Assembly: GCA_965237415.1 (NCBI GenBank)
Contig: CBDEFM010000002.1
Coordinates: forward strand, 3,200,001 to 3,264,000
DNA: 64,000 bases
Reading direction: 5' to 3'
Source: Alphaproteobacteria bacterium
Lineage (GTDB): Bacteria > Pseudomonadota > Alphaproteobacteria > UBA828
Part shown: positions 61,060-64,000 of the stretch, in pieces
Layout: the number at the start of each line of letters is the position of its first letter
How positions within the stretch are numbered: position 1 is the stretch's first letter
Made by a program: the position numbers and the translations under genes
Notes under the pieces: generated by a model
What the model was told of the DNA's origin: nothing
Databases searched by the model: none
The model's input: the letters and a program-made list of their open reading frames with translations, nothing else

Positions 61060-61911
61060 TTAGCCGAAGCGCCCGGTGATGTAGTCCTGCGTCCGCTGAT
61101 CGTGCGGATTGGTGAATATCTGCTCGGTCGCCTCGAACTCCACTAGTTCGCCCAGGTGGAAGAACGCGGTGAACTGGGAGACCCGGGCGGCCTGCTGCAT
61201 ATTGTGGGTGACGATGGCGATCGTGTAGTGCTCCCTGAGCTCGTCGATCAACTCCTCCACCTTGGCCGTGGCGATGGGGTCCAGGGCCGAGCAGGGCTCG
61301 TCCATCAGGATGACCTCCGGGCTGATGGCGATGGCGCGCGCAATGCAAAGCCGCTGCTGCTGCCCGCCGGAGAGGCTGGTGCCCGGTTGTTGGAGCCGGT
61401 CGGAGACTTCGTCGAAGAGGCCGGCACGTCGGAGGCTCTGTTCGACAACATCGTCGAGCTCTCGGCCCTTGCTGGCGAGCCCGTGGATGCGTGGGCCGTA
61501 GGCCACGTTCTCGTAGATCGACTTCGGGAACGGATTGGGCTTCTGGAACACCATGCCCACGCGCGCCCGCAACTGCACCACGTCGATATCGCGGCCGTAA
61601 ATGTCCCGGTCATCCAGCGTGATCGATCCGGTCACCCGGCAAATGTCGATGATGTCATTCATGCGGTTGAGGCAGCGCAGGAAGGTGGACTTGCCGCAGC
61701 CCGACGGGCCGATCAGCGCCGTTACCTTGTTCTGGGCCAGATCGATGTCGACATCGAAGAGCGCCTGCTTCTCGCCATAAGAGACGTTGACGTCGCGCGC
61801 GCGCATCCTGATGAGTGCTGGCGCCTCGGCACGGGCGCCGACGGGTGCGGCTGCGGGAGCGCCCGTCTCCTCCATCATCAGTGTGACCACTCCGTCGGTG
61901 TCGTCGGTCAC
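61060..61911 (-). CDS. pstB: Phosphate ABC transporter ATPase
   Basis: [33 protein letters not shown]. Confidence 0.96.
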   Translation of the reverse strand: MTDDTDGVVTLMMEETGAPAAAPVGARAEAPALIRMRARDVNVSYGEKQALFDVDIDLAQNKVTALIGPSGCGKSTFLRCLNRMNDIIDICRVTGSITLDDRDIYGRDIDVVQLRARVGMVFQKPNPFPKSIYENVAYGPRIHGLASKGRELDDVVEQSLRRAGLFDEVSDRLQQPGTSLSGGQQQRLCIARAIAISPEVILMDEPCSALDPIATAKVEELIDELREHYTIAIVTHNMQQAARVSQFTAFFHLGELVEFEATEQIFTNPHDQRTQDYITGRFG

Positions 61912-61929
61912 GATACCACTCCCGCCCGC

Positions 61930-63240
61930 CTACCAGCGGATCTCGAATTTGCGCCTGAGATAAATCGCCACCGCGTTCATCAGGATGAGGAAGGCCAGCA
62001 GCACGAGAATTGCCGCCGAGACCTTCTCGACGAAGCCGCGCTCCGGGCTGTCCGCCCAGAGGAAGATCTGCACCGGCAGCGCCGTCGCCGGATCGAAGGG
62101 GCCGCCGGGGATGTCCACGATGAAGGCCACCATCCCGATCATCAGGAGGGGCGCGGTCTCGCCTAGCGCGCGCGCCATGCCGATAATCGTGCCGGTGAGG
62201 ATGCCGGGCATGGCGAGCGGCAGCACATGGTGGAAGACGACCTGAATCGGCGACGCGCCGACGCCGTAAGCGCCCTCGCGGATGGAGGGCGGCACCGCCT
62301 TGAGCGCAGAGCGGGCCGCGATGATGATCGTCGGCAGCGTCATCAGCGTGAGTGTGAGCCCGCCCACGATGGGCGCAGAGCGCGGCAGGTGGAACAGGTT
62401 GATGAACACCGCGAGCCCAAGCAGCCCGAACACGATGGAAGGCACCGCGGCGAGGTTGTTGATGTTGACCTCGATCAGGTCGGTGATGCGGTTTTTGGGC
62501 GCAAACTCCTCGAGATAGATGGCTGCGGTCACGCCGATCGGGAACGTCAGCACCAGCGTGACCAGAAGCATATAGAACGAGCCTGCGATCGCGCCACCAA
62601 TGCCTGCAATCTCAGGTTCCCGCGAATCTGCGTTGAAAAAAAATTCGCCGTTGAACCCGGTCTCCACGAAGCCGGCGGCATCGAAGGTGTCGATCCAGGC
62701 AATCTGCTGGTCGTCGAGCCGGCGCTCGTCTTCCGGCACGTCGCGGGGCGCGCTCCCCTTGATCAGCATGTCAACATCGCTGGACGCGGTGAGCCAGACG
62801 CGCCGCGTTGTGCCGATGATCGAAGGATCGTCCACCACCAGACCGCGCAACTCGAAGCGCGCTGACGTGCTCACGAGCTTGAGCAACTTGCGCCGCTCCT
62901 TCCGCGCTGTCACCTCAGGGAAGGTGGCAAAGACGGATTCTCTCAAGAGCCTGCCGTAGTCTGCTTTTCGAAGCTCGTCCGCGCTCGGGGCTTCGCCCAC
63001 GCCGAGGACCTTGGGATCGAAGCTGACCTCGAGCGCGACCGAGGTCCTCACGAAGGCGGGGTAGCCTTCGGCGATGACACTGCCGATCAGGAGCGCGAGG
63101 AAGGCGAGAGCGACCGCCACCGCGATGATGCCGTAGGTCTTGAAGCGCCGCTCGGCGCGGTAGCGCCGGCGGAGGCGGCGCTTCGCCCAGTCAGCATCCT
63201 GCCAGGCGCCGCCGAGCGCCGGCTCTGCGAGGTCAGTCAT
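61930..63240 (-). CDS. pstA: Phosphate ABC transporter permease PstA
   Basis: NLAAVPSIVFG, ARALGETAPL. Confidence 0.95.
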   Translation of the reverse strand: MTDLAEPALGGAWQDADWAKRRLRRRYRAERRFKTYGIIAVAVALAFLALLIGSVIAEGYPAFVRTSVALEVSFDPKVLGVGEAPSADELRKADYGRLLRESVFATFPEVTARKERRKLLKLVSTSARFELRGLVVDDPSIIGTTRRVWLTASSDVDMLIKGSAPRDVPEDERRLDDQQIAWIDTFDAAGFVETGFNGEFFFNADSREPEIAGIGGAIAGSFYMLLVTLVLTFPIGVTAAIYLEEFAPKNRITDLIEVNINNLAAVPSIVFGLLGLAVFINLFHLPRSAPIVGGLTLTLMTLPTIIIAARSALKAVPPSIREGAYGVGASPIQVVFHHVLPLAMPGILTGTIIGMARALGETAPLLMIGMVAFIVDIPGGPFDPATALPVQIFLWADSPERGFVEKVSAAILVLLAFLILMNAVAIYLRRKFEIRW

Positions 63241-64000
63241 ATTGCTCTCGGTACTTGCGCGCGATGTGGAGCGCGAAGATGTTGAGCGCGAGCGTCACGA
63301 TGAAGAGCATCAGCCCCAGTGCGAAGGCGGCGAGGGTCTTGGCGCTGTCGAACTCCTGATCGCCGACGAGCAGCGTCACGATCTGCACTGTGACGGTGGT
63401 TACCGCGTCGAGCGGATTGGCGGTGAGGTTGGCCGCGAGGCCTGCGGCCATCACCACGATCATGGTCTCGCCGATGGCGCGGCTCACCGCGAGCAGGCAG
63501 GCGGCGACGATTCCATGCAGCGCCGCCGGCAGGATCACCCTGACCACGGTCTCCGACTTGGTCGCCCCCATGGCGAGCGAGCCTTCGCGCAGCGAATTGG
63601 GCACGGCGACGATGGCATCGTCGCTCAGCGACGAGATGAAGGGGATGACCATGATCCCCATGACGACGCCGGCGGCGAGCGCGCTCTCGGACGCCACGTC
63701 GAGGCCGATCGATTCGCCAATCCCCCTGATCGACGGTGCCACCACCAGTGCCGCGAAGAAGCCATAGACCACGGTCGGCACGCCGGCCAGGATTTCCAGG
63801 ATCGGCTTCGCCACGTTGCGGAACCTGGGGCTCGCGAATTCGGCCATGTAGATGGCGGCGAAGAGGCCGACTGGCAGAGCGACGAGCATGGCGATCAGCG
63901 TGATCATCAGCGTGCCGGTGAAGAGCGGGATGGCGCCGAACGCACCGGTGCTGCCGACCTGATCGGCGCGGATGGCTGTCTGCGGGCTCCATTGCAGGCC
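63233..64000 (-). CDS. pstC: Phosphate ABC transporter permease PstC (5' end outside window)
   Basis: EILAGVPTVVYG, SRAIGETMIV. Confidence 0.94.
   Translation of the reverse strand, partial: GLQWSPQTAIRADQVGSTGAFGAIPLFTGTLMITLIAMLVALPVGLFAAIYMAEFASPRFRNVAKPILEILAGVPTVVYGFFAALVVAPSIRGIGESIGLDVASESALAAGVVMGIMVIPFISSLSDDAIVAVPNSLREGSLAMGATKSETVVRVILPAALHGIVAACLLAVSRAIGETMIVVMAAGLAANLTANPLDAVTTVTVQIVTLLVGDQEFDSAKTLAAFALGLMLFIVTLALNIFALHIARKYREQYD

Overview
High-GC (roughly 70% by eye) alphaproteobacterial, Rhodospirillales-like chromosome segment made up mostly of core genes. In order: nfi (partial), csp, heparinase-like gene/rpe/rsmB, cycM/kdsB, tkt-gap-pgk-fbaB, a small RfaH-led glycan cluster, ilvE, mreBCD-mrdA-rodA, leuA/ilvC/ilvH/ilvB, miaA, hflKC, mrp, thyX, two-piece tmRNA, sspB, fumC, pepP, prmA, ffs-dnaX-ybaB-recR, metF, a porin and pstCAB-phoU-phoB. 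The clearest accessory feature is an intact 3,229-bp IS1595-family element (41845-45073) with perfect 24-bp terminal inverted repeats and an 8-bp target duplication. Its transposase is coupled by overlapping stop/start codons to a beta-class DNA methyltransferase, a SmaI-like restriction endonuclease and a small basic ORF, so it is a single-IS vehicle for a type II R-M system. Other points of interest: DUF1015 sits where serB usually lies; a catalytically degenerate half class II aldolase lies between pgk and fbaB; a TAXI binding protein has only one lobe; ThyX carries an insertion with a DDLFG motif; leuA has a candidate leader peptide and helix; and several repeats flank thyX/ssrA. All family calls come from recognising motifs by eye. 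No searches were run.
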